A stretch of 64,000 nucleotides of DNA, from NCBI RefSeq assembly GCF_026571515.1, contig NW_026852414.1, forward strand, positions 1 to 64,000, read 5' to 3'. The notes below the pieces were generated by a model. That model saw nothing but the letters and a program-made list of their open reading frames with translations, made no database searches and was not told the DNA's origin. This document shows, in pieces, positions 39,864 to 54,307 of this stretch. The number at the start of each line of letters is the position of its first letter. The stretch's first letter is position 1. The DNA is from Ruditapes philippinarum. Its lineage: Eukaryota. A program made the translations under genes and the position numbers.

Positions 39864-42490
39864 GAAAAAGGGTTTGTTTGCTGCTTGCTTCTTGTTTTAG
39901 GCTAGTGATCACTTTCATCTTGATATTGGCCATATTAATTCAATGCAAAACCAATATTCATTTTCTCGCTAATTGGAGGTTAAATTGCACAATTCGTCAT
40001 AATTAAAGGCTTGAAAAACGTGTAGTGTTGTTTTCAGAGATAATAAATTAAACATATTAAATAGTTGTCCCTTTTTCTATTTCTACAGTTTGTTTCTGAA
40101 TATTGGAAACTTAAACAATGACTTTCTTAAAATGTTATCTAAATTGTTCTTTTCTATTAATTTATATCATGATTACAAAATTATTTATTTAAATACCATC
40201 TTTGTTAATCTGAAAGACGGATTCCCCGCAACCCCATATCACATCATCAACGCAGGTAACAAATACAATCATCTATTAAAGGCCCATTATATCCTCAAAA
40301 TATTTAAATCCTTATTTTTCAAATGCATCTTATTTTTGAAGTCCCGTATAGCATCCAAAAAGAACTCATTGGCCGGTTTCTAAACTAACTCCTGCTTTTG
40401 GTGCTTTTTGCAATATATACATTGAGAGTGATATAGTATTTTGTATGATAGTTAAAATGTTAAAATGCTAGTTGGTTTCATGGTTTACATTTTGCTACTT
40501 TATGACAAACAGTTTCACATTCAGTGCTACTGTATAAAGTGACTGTAGCTTGCAATTACCTTTATCGTACATGAACATGCTCAATCAGACCGTACCTGCA
40601 ACATTTTAATTACACCGTTTTGAGCGTTTTCTTTTTTTGGAGGGGGGGATTCTGTTTTTTCTCTATTTTAGTTTCTACTGGAAAGTAAAAGACATATTTT
40701 TCAAATATTAACAAACCATTGCAAACTTACAAAAGTGTGTGTGTGCATGTGTGCGTGCTTGCGTGTGTGCGTGCGTGCGTGTATTTGCGTTTCATTGATA
40801 ATAACTTAAGTTAAACAGATTTACATAATGTAGATTAAACCTTAAACCTGTAAATCAATTTATGATTGTGTTGAATATATGTGAGAGCAGATGATTTTTT
40901 AATTTTATTACTTTCAATCGTCATATATCATTGTTAACTCTGTGTCATTATGCACAACAATAAATAAACTCAATATAAGCATTTAAAACACAGAAGTTAG
41001 ATGGCGGATAAATATCACTGTTTTCTAATTTTAACGGTCGGTCGATTTAATAAATAGTTTATTTACGATGTAACCAAATGTTAAAAAGATCGCTCAAACT
41101 AGGATGTTTAAAAATGCTCTTTTTTTGTGATTTTCGCTTTTATGTTATTAACTAATGTTTCCATTTTGATCACCTTTAGATTTGAATTAATATCTATCTC
41201 TATAAAAGTGGTCTTTTAAACTAGATTCGAGAGGAAAATTATCTTAAACTGACGTTTGTAAATGATAAAATAGCTACAAAAATGGGATTCATCGAGATCA
41301 ATGTAATAATATCGATTTTACCGAGTTTGTTACTAATGACATTGAAAAGTACATTTCGCATGAATGATATGAAAAGATTAATACAAGCGTATCAGCAATT
41401 ATTAATATCATATCACGTGTTAATCTCAGTCCAAGTCACGTTTTTGTTCAGATTCTGAAATGTCTCTTACATAAATATTATAGTTCTATTTTGTCTATTT
41501 GATAAAAGGTTTTCAATGAATATTGTAATACTTCTTGCCCTTTGAACCATTATCAGATGTTTACTATCCTAGTATGAAAAGCTTAATTTATTTTTCGATA
41601 GTATTCTATAACATTTCTTTTTTTAATAACATCAGCAGCGCGATGTATTTATTTGAGATATATATTTTACAAGGGAGAAAGTATTACACTTTTCTTATCT
41701 GAATACGTCCCTTGTTATGATAGGGATTTCATCACTTTTTATAGCATAACTGTTACACTAATTGTATATCAGCCTGTGGACTGACATAATTTAAACAAGG
41801 CTTTTTATGTATTATAGAAATTCATAAAATTTCATTAAAATGTAATGGAATTAGGTTAAATTTGATTTATTCAAACACGGAAATACACCACTTGCTAAAA
41901 ACCCATATTGTCTGCGGAAAATGACTCTAGTGGCGCAATAAGATACCACATAATTTGTTTTACGATGCATAAAGAACAAAGGGCAAGGACTGCCGACACC
42001 GGCCGCCTAATGAAAGCTTTCTTTTTAAATAACTATGCGCTTTACAAATGACAGACAGCTGACTATAGATTTCATTGTACATGTTAAAACATGTGACTTC
42101 GTAAATAGGGCCAGCTTTGAAAAAAGCTTTAAATACATTATTGTTCTTTAAACAATAAGTTTTCATAAAGAAAATATTGTTGACAAAATGAAGGTTGTTT
42201 AAATCTTTGTATAATCTTAAAAAAACGTTAAGAGGTCGTTGCTACTAATTATTGTTCTAATGTTTACATTTTGTTTACATTTTCATTTAATTCATGTTAA
42301 AAAACACGGATATTGAGTATACGTTATAGTTCCTTCTTTGTTACAAAACTGTCGCAAGTTCTTTATCAAATAAATGATAAAATTTGCATCGGTCTTGAAA
42401 TATGATTTCCAGCATAAAATGCATGTGGAAATGTTTTTGAATACACTAAATGGGCGACAACTATTTGGCTTCTTAAACACAAAGACCACA
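39823..42490 (+). repeat. Segmental duplication block C, copy 1 (paralog ~46343-50911; partial third copy ~43704-44146)
   Basis: Colinear. Copy 2 carries additional HINE and SINE insertions. Confidence 0.9.
40735..40790. repeat. (GT)n/(GTGC)n microsatellite
   Basis: Directly visible. Confidence 0.9.
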
Positions 42491-45400
42491 ACGGATATTT
42501 TCTTTTACAATCTAATTGCAGGTGGGAGAGATATGTAAAACAGCAAATAAGGGAGCGAATGTTAATTAATTAATATGTTCTTATATGATCTTACCTTAGA
42601 CAGTAGCAATTAAAGAAAGATGGATGACGGATTTTAAATTTTCCTATTGAATAATCTAGTCAACTAATGCGGGTACCAAATGTTTGAAAAAAACGTTTTC
42701 TCTAATAACCACTTATTTTTAAACATATTTTAATTTACTAAGCACTATGATTGGTATAAATTCTGTTTTAAACAATTTACTTAGGATAGCATTTGACACA
42801 CATTTGGAGTTTGGAGAAATCTTGGTATGCTCTGTCCTTCAAAGTGAAATCGGGAGGTTTAATATCTTAGACTAAATTTGTGTCTAACAATATGCTGGAA
42901 AAGGTGAGGGCCGTCGAGAGCAATTAAAGAGAAAAAGGTGACAATCATAAAATCTTTTTGACCATGTATGGCAATAAAGACAATGAAATGTTCAACATAT
43001 CTCGCGAATTATGTGAAAATATATATTATCGAATACTTATAACAATCCACATGTAAATCTCAGTAGAAGTTAATGTCTAAATGTCTATCACATTAATGTA
43101 TCATATTTCTAGTTCAGCCATTTTTATTCTAATGTCCTTGTTCCTATTATTGTGTTAACATTTCTTGTCCTGCGAACTATAAAGAATTTGATTTGTCTTT
43201 CCTCTTATGTGGATCTTTAATTGCTTTTCGATATGTTTATATACATTTTTTGTCGCTTGATAATTATTTTGGTGCGATTATTTCATATGAGAACTCTGAA
43301 TATGTCCCCGATGAAATGACTACGGTATTGATGTATTTTTATCCGTTTTGTATATCAGACCACTAATGCTTTTGCAAAGGTCTTGACTGCCTTGATTTAA
43401 ACAGGGTGATGTGTAAAAAGCAACATAACAAATATAATCAAAATTAGGTTATATGTTATTTAGAACGCTGCAATTTCATTTTTAGAATGAGAAGAAGTGT
43501 TTAAATTACATACTTTTTGCTTGAATGCATGTTATTTACTAATCAATTTTGTAAATGGAGAAAGTATGTCTCGATGTCCTTTAGAGACTTTTTCCATTAA
43601 TTTTTAATCATACTGTTTCTATTTGATGAACAAATAGTAAAAGGTATTGTTGAATTCAGATATGTCATTTCGTAGCGATATGACAATGAAACTATTACTA
43701 CTTAGTTGTTTCTGAATATTGGAAGTTAAACAATATTTTGTTCTTTAAATATTATCTAAATTGTTCCTGTTTTATTAATTTATAAGATGCTTACAATTTT
43801 TTTTTTAAATGCCATCTTTGCTATTCTAAAAACAGATTCCCCACAACCCCCTATCTCGCTATCAACGAGGAAAATAAATACAGTCATCCTTTAAAGTTCC
43901 ATTATACCTGCAAAATATTTAATTCTCATTTCTCAAAAGCTTCTCATTTTTGAGGTTCTGTTATAGCTTCTAAAATTTAACTCATTGGCCAAATTCCTTA
44001 CAAATAATTTACACTTGTTGCTTTTTTGCAATGCTATTTATTCATTGATAGTGATTTTATAATTTAGTATTTTTTCATGATAGTCAAAATGCTAGTCTGT
44101 TTACATTTTGCTATTAAATGACAAACAATTTCACATTGAGCGCTACTTTTTCAGATGATAAGCACCTGACAAGCTTTAAAACCATTATTTCTATGTAATA
44201 AATATAAAGCATGAATGCTATTTCAAAATGCATTATTGTTCGTATATATCTTTACTCTTTTTACTTAAGATGTGTTAGGCGTAAGATATAAGACTTGCAA
44301 GAATAGATAAATTTAGATGTTTCACTTGGGACATTATATTTATGTAAGAGATAAAAGTATTGTTATAAATACTGTTTAAGATGCCGATACTTGCAACCTT
44401 TAAGTAAGTTTTTTGATAACGTGCGTGTTTTTCGCTTATCAAGACAGGTCAACCAAATGTCTGCAAGATATAAAGCGTGTTATGCAATGTGTTATTACAA
44501 CATGTAGGAGCAGATAACATGTAGGCTTTCATTATTGTTTTAATTCACCATATAACATTAGAAGCTCCCTGACACAATTAGACTTGCGTACGGATATTTT
44601 CTTTTATAATCTAATTGCATGTGGGAAAGATATGTAAAAAAACAAATAAGGGAGCGAATTGTAATTAATTAATATGTTCCCATATGATCTTACCTTAGAC
44701 AGTAGCAATTAAAGAAAGATGGATGACGGATTTTAAATGTTCCTGTTTAATAATCTAGTCAACTTATGCGGATACCAAATGTTTGAAAAAGTTTTTTTTT
44801 AATAATCACTTATTTTTAAACATATTTGAATTTACACTTAGCATTATGATTGGAATGAATTCTGTTTTAAACAATTTACTAAGGATAGCATTTTGACACA
44901 CATTTGGAGAAATCTTGGTATGCTCTGTCATTCAAAGTGAAATTGGGAGGTTGAATATATTAGACTAAATTTGACTCTTCTGACAATATGCTGGCAAATG
45001 TAAGGTCCGTCGAGAGCAATTAAAGTGAAAAAGGTGACAATCATAAAATCTTTTTGACCATGTATGGCAATAAAGACAATGAAATGTTCAACATATCTCG
45101 CGAATTATATATTATCGAATACTTACAACAACCCACATGTAAATCTCAGTAAAACTTAATGTCTAAATGTCTATCATATTAATGGGTCATATTTCTATTA
45201 CAGCCATTTTTATTCTGTTGTCCTTGTTCCTATAAATGTGTTGACATTTCTCGTCCTGTGAACTATAAAGAATTGTCTTTCCTCTTATGTGAAGCTTTAA
45301 TTGTTTTTCGATATGTTTATATACATTTTTTGTCGCTTGATACTTATGTTGGTGCGATAATTTCATATGAGAACTCTGAATATGTCCCTGATGAAATGAC

Positions 45401-46336
45401 CACGGTATTGATGTAATTTTATCCGTTTTGTATATCAGACCACTAATGCTTTTGCAAAGGTCTTGACTGCCTTGATTTAAACAGGGTGATGTGTAAAAAG
45501 CAACATAACAAATATAATCAAAATTAGGTTATATGTTATTTAGAACGCTGCAATTTCATTTTCAGAATAAGCGGAAGTGCTTTAATTATATATTTTGTGT
45601 TTGAACGCATGTTATTTACTATTTAATTTTGTAAATGGAGAAAATATGTCTCCTAGTACTTTAGGGACTAATTGCATTAATTTTTAATCATACTGTTTCT
45701 ATTTGATGAAAAATAGCAAAAAGCATTGATGAATTCAGATATGTCATTTCGGCTCGTTATGACAATAAAAGACTTTAATGTTTTGGTACGATTGTGAAGA
45801 ATATAGTTTCTGTACTTAGTTACATGTACACAAAACTGATTCTAGGTGCCTATTAAGATGACATTATGCTCAACCAAGGGTATAAAGTGAGTGAAGAGTT
45901 GAAAGTGAAAATAAAATTACATTTTGCCATAAATTCTTTCAATTTTGATAACTTTAATTCGCATGAGCGATGAATTACTCATGTGGCCCAAGGTAAGTTT
46001 ATGTAAATATCCGTCAGAATTTACATGTGACGTTCAATTTATTAATAGAATGGGGCAGTCTTTTTATATTTAAGGCAGATTTATATTTATTTCAAAAACA
46101 TTTTCCAATATCAACTTTTGGTCAATCACAATTTTAACAATCTCTTGAAATATTTATTCAATTCAGCTCAACTGACGGTGAAAATATGAACAAATAACAA
46201 ATGAGTTAAAAAGCAAAGCTCTAGCTTTCCTGTGGTATCTGAACAACTAGGAATTTCTGTTGTGGATAGAAAAATAATTAAATAATGATTGTTATTGTTA
46301 TTGAACTATTACGTACACTATATATATATTAAAGAT

Positions 46337-46380
46337 ATGAGAATATTCTCTGTTGCTAAAATACTCCAGAAACGGTCAAG
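46337..46380 (+). CDS. 5'-truncated mini-exon V14: MRIFSVAKILQKRS + AG, donor GTAAAA
   Basis: 44 nt, open, phase 2. Homologous to the 3' half of the family. Function doubtful. Confidence 0.35.
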
Positions 46381-47199
46381 GTAAAACGTTTTGCTGATTG
46401 CTTCATGTGTAAGCACATAACCTTGTTTCATGATTTAAGACATTCTCTGGTGAATATCTATTTTAATTTCAAAAGTTTCTTTTGATCTTCTTACATGCCA
46501 TATTAAATCCATGCAAAACCACTATTCATTTTATCGCTTAATATAGGCTAAATAGCAAAATTCGTCATAATTAAAGTCTTGAAAATCGTGAAGTGTGTTG
46601 TTTTCAGAGATAATCAATTAAACATATTTAATTGTTGTTCCTCCTTTTACTATTTCTACTGCTTATTTCTGAATATTGAAAACTTAAATAATGTCTTAAG
46701 TTTAAAATATTATTTCAGTTGTTCTTTTTATAATTATATAATTTAATAATACGATGATTACAAAATTACAAAAAAATGCCATCTTTTTTTTTTCGAAAAG
46801 ACGGATTCCACACGACCCACTATCACGCAATCAAGACAGAGAACATCTATAAAAGGCCTATTATACCCTCAAAATATTTAAATGCTTATTTTTCAAATGC
46901 TTCTTATTTTTTAGGTCCTGCTATAGCTTCCAAAAATAACACAAAATAATAACACATTTGCCGATTTCCTTAACTATCTCTTGCTTTTGCTGCTTTTTTT
47001 GAATTTATACATCGAAAGTGATATTGTATTTTGTATGATAGTAAAAATGCTAGTTGGTTTTATGGTTTACATTTTGCTACTTTATGACAAACAATTTCAC
47101 ATTCAGTGCTACTTTTTAACGTGACGGTAACTTGCAATTACCACTATCATATCGTACATGAACCTTCAACATTTTTAATTATACTGTTTTGAGCGTTTT

Positions 47200-49149
47200 T
47201 TAGCTCACCTGAGCATGCTCAGGGTGAGCTTTTAGGATCGATGATTGTCCGTCGTCCGCCGGCCGTCGTCCGTCGTCCGTTCACATTTAGTTGTTAACAC
47301 TCTAGCGGTCGCATTTTTGCCTCAATCATCATCAAACTTGGTCAGGATGCTTATCTAGTTGATAGCTCGGATGAGTTCGAACATGGGTAATCTCGGATAA
47401 AAAAGTAAGTCACTGGAGCTAAAAAATAGAAAAACCTCGTTAACACTCTAGCGGTCACATTTTTACATCAATCATCATCAAACTTGGCCAGGATGCTTGT
47501 CTAGGTGATAGCTCATGTGAGTTCGAACATGGGTCATCTCGGATGAAAAACTAGGTCACCGGAGCTAAAAATAGAAAAACCTTGTTAACACTCAAGCGGT
47601 CACATTTTTGCCCCAATCATCATCAAACTTGGTCAGGATGTTTGTCTAGTTGATAGCTCGGATGAGTTTGAACATGGATGATCTCGGATGAAAAACTAGG
47701 TCACAGGAGCTAAAAATAGAAAAACCTTGTTAACACTCTAGAGGTCACTTTTTTGCCTCAATCATCACCAAACTTGATCAGGATGCTTGTCTAGGTACTT
47801 GCTTGGATGAATTCGAACATGGGTCATCTCGGATGAAAAACTAGGTCACCGGAGCTAAAAAAAGAAAAACCTTGTTAACACTCCAGCGATCACATTTTTG
47901 TCTCAATCATCATCAAACTTGGTCAGGATGCTTGTCTAGGTGATAGCTCGGATGAGTTTGAACATGGGTCATCTCGGATGAAAAAGTAGGTCACCGGAGC
48001 TAAAAATAGAAAAATCTTGTTAACACTCTAGCGGTCACATTTTTGCATCAATCATCATCAAACTTGGTCAAGATGCTTGTCTTGGTGATAGCTTGGATGA
48101 GTTCGAACATTAGTCATCCTGGATGAAAAACTAGGTCACAGGAGCTAAAAATAGAAAAACCTTATTAACACTATAGCGGTCACATTTTTGCATCAATCAT
48201 CATCAAACTTGGTCAGGATGCTTGTCTAGGTGATAGCTCGGATGAGTTCGAACATTGGTCATCTCGGATGAAAAAGTAGGTCACCGGAGCTAAAAATAGA
48301 AAAACCTTGTTAACACTCTTGTGGTCACATTTTTGCCTCAATCATCATCACATTTGATCAGGATGCTTGTCTAGGTACTTGCTTGGATGAGTTTGAACAT
48401 GGGTCATCTCGGATGAAAATCTAGGTCACAGGAGCTAAAAATAGAAAAACCTTGTTAACACTCTAGTGGTCACAATTTTGATTCAATTGTCATCAAACTT
48501 GGTCAGGAAACTTGTCTAGGTCATTGCTGGGATTAAATCGAGCATGGGTCATCTCGGATGAAATACTAGGTCACAGGAGCTAAAAATAGAAAAATCTTGT
48601 TAACACTCTAGTGGCTACTGTTGCGATCCAAATATCCTGTAAATTGGTCTGAAAGTTTGTTTTGATGATTTAAGTCAAGTTCGTACATGGGTCATCTTGG
48701 ATGAAAAACAAGGTCACACCGCCCAAATATGGAAAAACCTTGTTTACTTTCTAGTGGTCACATTTTCGACTCAATTATCATCAAACTTGGTCAGGATGCT
48801 TGTCTAGGTAATTGCTTGGATGTGTTCGAAATCGCATGTGGAACTAGGTCACTGGAGCTAAGAATAGAAAAATCTTGTTAACACTCTATTTGCTACGGTT
48901 TTGATCCAAGTATCCTGCAAATTGGTCTGAAAGTTTGTTTTGATGATTTCTAGGTCAAGTTTGAATATGAGTCACCTGGGTAAAAAAAAGGTCACACTGC
49001 TGTATATGGATAATACTTGTTAACACTGTAGTGGTCACATTTTTGACTCATGTTGTCATGAGACTTGGTCAGAATGCTTGTCTAGGTAATTGTTTGGATG
49101 AGTTTGATGGGTCAGGTGAGCGATCTAGGGCCATCATGGCCCTCTTGTT
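47200..49149 (+). mobile_element. HINE/Helentron-like element carrying ~13 tandem 145-bp core repeats
   Basis: Subterminal inverted repeats gctcacctga / tcaggtgagc, (CGTC)n microsatellite, 145-bp period (47439, 47584, 47729, 47874, 48019...), 3' hairpin agggccatcatggccct, T-rich target, and an empty site at ~40630. Confidence 0.9.
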
Positions 49150-49856
49150 TACGGTTGGTGGATTCTGTTTTTCTCTTTTTTAGTTTCTACTTGAAAGTAT
49201 ATGACATATATTTTTCAAATATTAACAAACCATTGCAAACTATCCCTCAAACTATGATATTTAAAAATGATTATAAATTTCATTAACTCTTTTTTATATT
49301 AGTTTTGCTTTCATGTAATTAACTTAGTTTTGCATTTGATCACCTTTTAAATTAATAAATATCTCCTTAAATGTTGTCTTTCCAACTAGATTTGTGAGGA
49401 AAATTATCTTAAACTTGTGTTTGTAAATGTTAAAATAGCTATAAAAAGTGGGTTCATCGAGATTGACCGAGTTTGTTAATAAAGACATTGAAAAGTGCAT
49501 TTCTCAAGAAATTATATGAAAAGATTAATACTAGCGTATCAGCAATTATTGATATCATATCACGTGTTAATCTCAGTCCAAGTCACGTTTTAGTTCTGAT
49601 TCTAAAATGTCTCTTACATAAATATTATATATCTATTTGACGTATCCTATATTTGGTTCGTTTTCGATTATTTTTGATGAATATTGTAATATTTCTTTCC
49701 CTTTGAATCAGTATCAGAGTTTAACTCTCCTCGCATAAGTTATATTATTATAACATTTCTTTTTTAATAACTACAACAGTGCGATTGATGTATTTGAGAT
49801 CTATATTTTACAAGAGAAAAAGTATTACACTTTTCTTATCTGATTACGTCCCTTGT

Positions 49857-50127
49857 TTGTTTGTTTTGGGTTTTACGTCACATCGACACAGTATAGGTCA
49901 TATCGCGACGTTCCAGCTTTACTGGTGGAGTAAGGACTCAGGTGCCCTTCCGTGCATTATTTCAGGCACGAACGGGTACCTGAGTAGAACCACCGACGTT
50001 CCGTAAGCTAGCTGGATAGCTTCCTCACATGAAAGAATCCAAAGTCCCTGTCGGGATTCGAACCCACAGAGGTGAGGGGCAAGTGGTTTGAAGTCAACGA
50101 CCTTAACCACTCGGCCACGGACGCCCC
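49857..50127 (-). mobile_element. Full-length tRNA-derived SINE (central domain possibly Meta-type)
   Basis: Minus strand: A-box TGGCCGAGTGG, B-box GGTTCGAATCC, (AAAC)n tail. 13-bp TSD ttac(g/a)tcccttgt at 49844-49856 and 50128-50140. Empty site at ~41704-41716. Confidence 0.93.
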
Positions 50128-51275
50128 TTACATCCCTTGTGATAATAGGGATAATAGGGATCTTATCACTTATTTTAGCATAACACTAATATCAGCATGT
50201 GGACTGACATAATTTCAACAAGGCATGCTTTTTATGTATTAAAGAAATGCATAAAGTTTCATTAAAATGTAATGGAATTAGGTTAAATTTGATTTATTCA
50301 AACAAGGAAATACACCACTTGCTAAAAACCCGTATTGTCTGGGAAAATTGACTCTTGTGGTGCAATAAGATACCACATAATTTGCTTTACGATGCATACA
50401 GAACAAATGGCAAGAACTGCCGACACCTGCCGCCTAATGAAAGCTTTCTTTTTAAATAACTTTGCGCTTTACAAATGACAAACAGCCGACTATAGATTTC
50501 ATTGTACTTGTTAAAACATGTGACTTCGTAAATAGGTGCCAGCTTTGAAAAAAGCTACGTTCTTTAAACGATACGTTTTCATAAAGAAAAGCCTTGCAGA
50601 CAAAATGGAGGTTGTTTAAAACTTTTTATAATCTTTCAAAAAAAAAAAAACGATAAGAAGTCGTTGCTACTAATCATTGTTCATATGTTTACATTTTGTT
50701 TACATTTTTATTTAATTCATGTTAAAATGCACGGATATTGAGTATACGTTATAATTCCTTCTTTGTAACAAAACTGTCGCAAGTGCTTTTATCAAATAAA
50801 TGATAAATTTTGCATCGGTCTTGAAATAAGATATCCAGCATAAAAAGCATGTAGAAACTTTAATACACTTATTGGGCGACAACTGTTTGGCTTCTTAAGC
50901 ACAAAGAACACAATTGTATTATAGGTGGGAAGAAACTTCTAAATGCGGGAAACTGTGCGCGGAAGAAAAAATCGAAAATGGCGAGAAAAATATATGCATT
51001 GAGTTTAACTGAATTATGGCTGAATTAAGTCTTCCAATATAATAATGATTTTCTTTTTAAACTTAAACCCACATTAGGCTTAAGAAACGAATATTCATTC
51101 CTTCTGTAGAAAGGGTAAACGTGAGTTTTTATAGCATGCGCTCAATGAGAAATTAGTTGTCATAAAAGTTACTGAAGCAAAAGTCTAAACTAAGTAGTGT
51201 TTTGACTTCCACATAAAAACTAAAACCATATAACCGTACTAATTACCAAAAGGCAGCACCATCTATTGACAGTAC

Positions 51276-54200
51276 ACACTTAAACACATCTTCGTTATTC
51301 TGTATCTCGGAAAAGAAAAATTTAAGGATCATGAATGTGAATTGTAGAAGTATACGCGGGGGCAAAAGTGCTGAGTTTCAAGCGGTTTTAAATTATATCC
51401 GCCCAGACATTGTTTGCGGAACAGAATCATGGCTTAAAGGGGTCAAACCCGGGAAACCAGAAACAACAGATGCTATTAAATCTAGTGAAGTATTTCCAAA
51501 CACTTATTATTCTTATAGAAACGACAGAGGCACTGTAGGAGGAGGAGTTTTCATCCTTGTGCATAAAGATCTTGTTTCAGAAGAAAAACCAGAACTTGTA
51601 ACTAATTGTGAAATTGAATGGACAAAAGTTAAAATGAAAGGAGCCAAAGACCTACTCATTTCATCATTTTACATGCCACATAGAAGTTTAAACTATATAT
51701 CTGAACTCCGTAAATCACTAGAACTTACCACCAAGGGGAAAGAAAAACACATAATACTAGCTGGAGATTTCAACTGTCCTGATATTGATTGGAACACTTT
51801 AACAGTCAATAGAAACGCCCAGGATAAGGATATACAACAAGCCCTCCTTGATGTTACTACAGACTTTAATTTAACTCAGGTACATGATAAACCTACCCGG
51901 GAAAATAACTTACTAGACCTTATATTCACATCAAATGCCACACTCATAAAATCTACGACAAATGCTCCGGGGATCTCCGACCACGCCATTGTAGTAGCTG
52001 ACTCTGACACTAAGCCCTTTTATATAAAACAAAAGCCTCGGAAATGTTTTATCTATTCTAAAGCGAACTGGGAAGAAATAAAATCGGACTGTAAAAACAT
52101 CTCATCAAATATAGCCTCCCTGGCTAACAAAGGTTCAGAAGTGGAAGAACTCTGGGATTTATTTAAGTCCAACTTGAAGACGACAATAAACAAGAACATT
52201 CCATCTCGTGTAAAGAAATCGAAACAATTCATCTCCTTGGTTGAACCAGAAAACTTAAAAAAATGTTGAAACGAAAAAGCCAGACTTTTTAAAAAAGCCA
52301 AGTCAACAAGAAATTGGGCCTTATATAAAGACTTTCAAAAACATTGTAAAAGAGAATTGAGAAGAGCAGAATGGAACCATGTGAATGACGTAATAAATGA
52401 AGGACTTAAAACAAATAACACAAAACCATTTTGGCGTTACGTGAAAGCAAGAAAAGAAGATAACATTGGTGTTGCTCCCCTCAAAGATAAAGGCCACTTA
52501 AATTGTGATAGTTTAAAACGAAAGCAGAACTTCTAGTAAAACAATTTGAATCAGTATTTACCAAGGAAGATAAAAATGTGAACTTACCTGAAATTCCTAC
52601 TCGTATTGAAGAAACATTACCAGACCTAAATATATCAACAGGTGGCGTTTGTAAACTTCTTAAGAACTTAGATATATCTAAAGCAGTTGGACCTGATGAA
52701 TTACCAACAAAAGTTCTTCAATATTGTGCAGAAGAACTAGCACCAGCAATCTCAACTATATTTCAAACATCTACCGACTCGGGAAATCTACCCTCCGATT
52801 GGAGAAATGCCTTCGTTTCACCGGTCTTCAAAAAAGGGGACAGACACCTCCCAGAAAACTTATCGACCTGTATCATTAACTTGTATTCTTTCCAAAACTA
52901 CTGGAAACACATTATTTGTCGGCACATCTTGAACCATCTGGATAAATACAAAGCACTTACGTCATTGAATCACGGATTCCGAAGCGGCTTCTCATGTGAA
53001 TCACAACTAATTGTCACCACTCATGATCTTTTATCCATGTACGATAATAACGCACAAGTAGACACCATCATTTTGGACTTTAGTAAAGCTTTTGATACTG
53101 TTCCCCACAAAAAGCTTCTTCATAAACTTCACTCCTATGGCATCAGAGGAAACTTACATACTTGGATCGCCAACTTCTTGATGCAACGCAAAGATGAGTG
53201 TAGTCGTTGAAGGCGAAACAATGCATCGTCGGTAAATTTGGGTTCTGGGTCCCACAGGGTCAGTTTTGCTAGGACCATTGCTTTTTCTTACCTACATTTT
53301 AACCGATCTTCCCGGACCATGTTAAATTCACAATTGAGGGTTGTTTGCTGATGATTTTTTTATATTCGCCAGATCAAGTCCCAAAAAGACCATCCTCCAA
53401 CTTCAAAAAGACCTAGCAATATCTCGCAAACCTGGGGGAACTACCATGGGGGATGAAAAATTTTAACTCAAAAAAAAAATGTTACCTGCTTGAGTTTCGA
53501 AGTCCAAAATCGAATGCCATTTCTAACAACTTTTGATAAAACATCTTCAAACAAGTTTCAAGTTAATCCTTAAACCTTAGGTATCACTTTCTCGGATGAC
53601 ATGAAATGGTCAACGCATATTAGTAACATCTGTAAAAGAGCTAACTCATCTATTGGATTCCTAAGAAGGAACTTACGCCATTGTCCTAAACCATGCCGCA
53701 AAAAATGCCTACCTAGCCCTAGTCCGCTCCAAATTAGAATACGGATGCACTATCTGGGACCCTTATACCAAAAACGAAATTGATAAACTTGAACGTATAC
53801 AAAGGCAAGCCGCTCGATTTATTACCAATAACTATACTTCTAGAGATCCAGGATGCGTTACATCAATGCTGGAACAATTGGAATTACCAAGCTCCAAGAA
53901 GCGCAGAAGACTACACCGGCTTACTTTCATGTATAAGTAGTGGAAGGGCAAGTACCGGCAATTAACATACGGGAATACCTAACTCCTCAGGGCATTAGAC
54001 GATTCTGTAAGAGCTAAATCATATAAAGACTATATAAGTGACAATATTGTGGAAAAATCTGTGTGTAATAATCAAAAGTGTTACAAACCAGTATATGTAA
54101 AAAAACAGAAAAACTATAAAAATTCTTTTCTTCATCAGAACAGTGTTAGACTGGAATAAATTAAAGTGACTCTCAAGTGTGTTCATCAACAGTTCAACAA

Positions 54201-54307
54201 TTTAAAAAACTCTATAAAACTTTGTGACTAAGGCGCACTCCCTTCACCGTCGTGTTAAAGCCAGATTTTGGTCTCTACGACGTACCCTCACAGATACAGA
54301 TACAGAA
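51276..54307 (+). mobile_element. 5'-truncated LINE (CR1/L2 group), APE endonuclease + reverse transcriptase, frameshifted
   Basis: APE motifs NVNCRS, GTESWL, YRNDR..GGGVFILV, GDFN, LDLIF and SDH (51331-52269). RT motifs HGFRSGFSC, LDFSKAFDTVPH, frameshifted VPQGS-LGPLLF and LFADD. (AGATAC)n tail. Possible 7-bp TSD ACAGTAC (51269-51275, 54308-54314). Confidence 0.93.

Noticed and set aside
47293-49100. Regular repeat array as a CRISPR candidate
   Set aside because: Contiguous 145-bp monomers without unique spacers, eukaryotic context and no cas genes.
49779-50110. ORFs 49779-50006 and 49919-50110
   Set aside because: Chance frames across the SINE.
51036-51120. ATG ATT TTC ... aaagg|gtaaac, a possible extra cassette
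   Set aside because: In-frame stop and similarity too weak to call.
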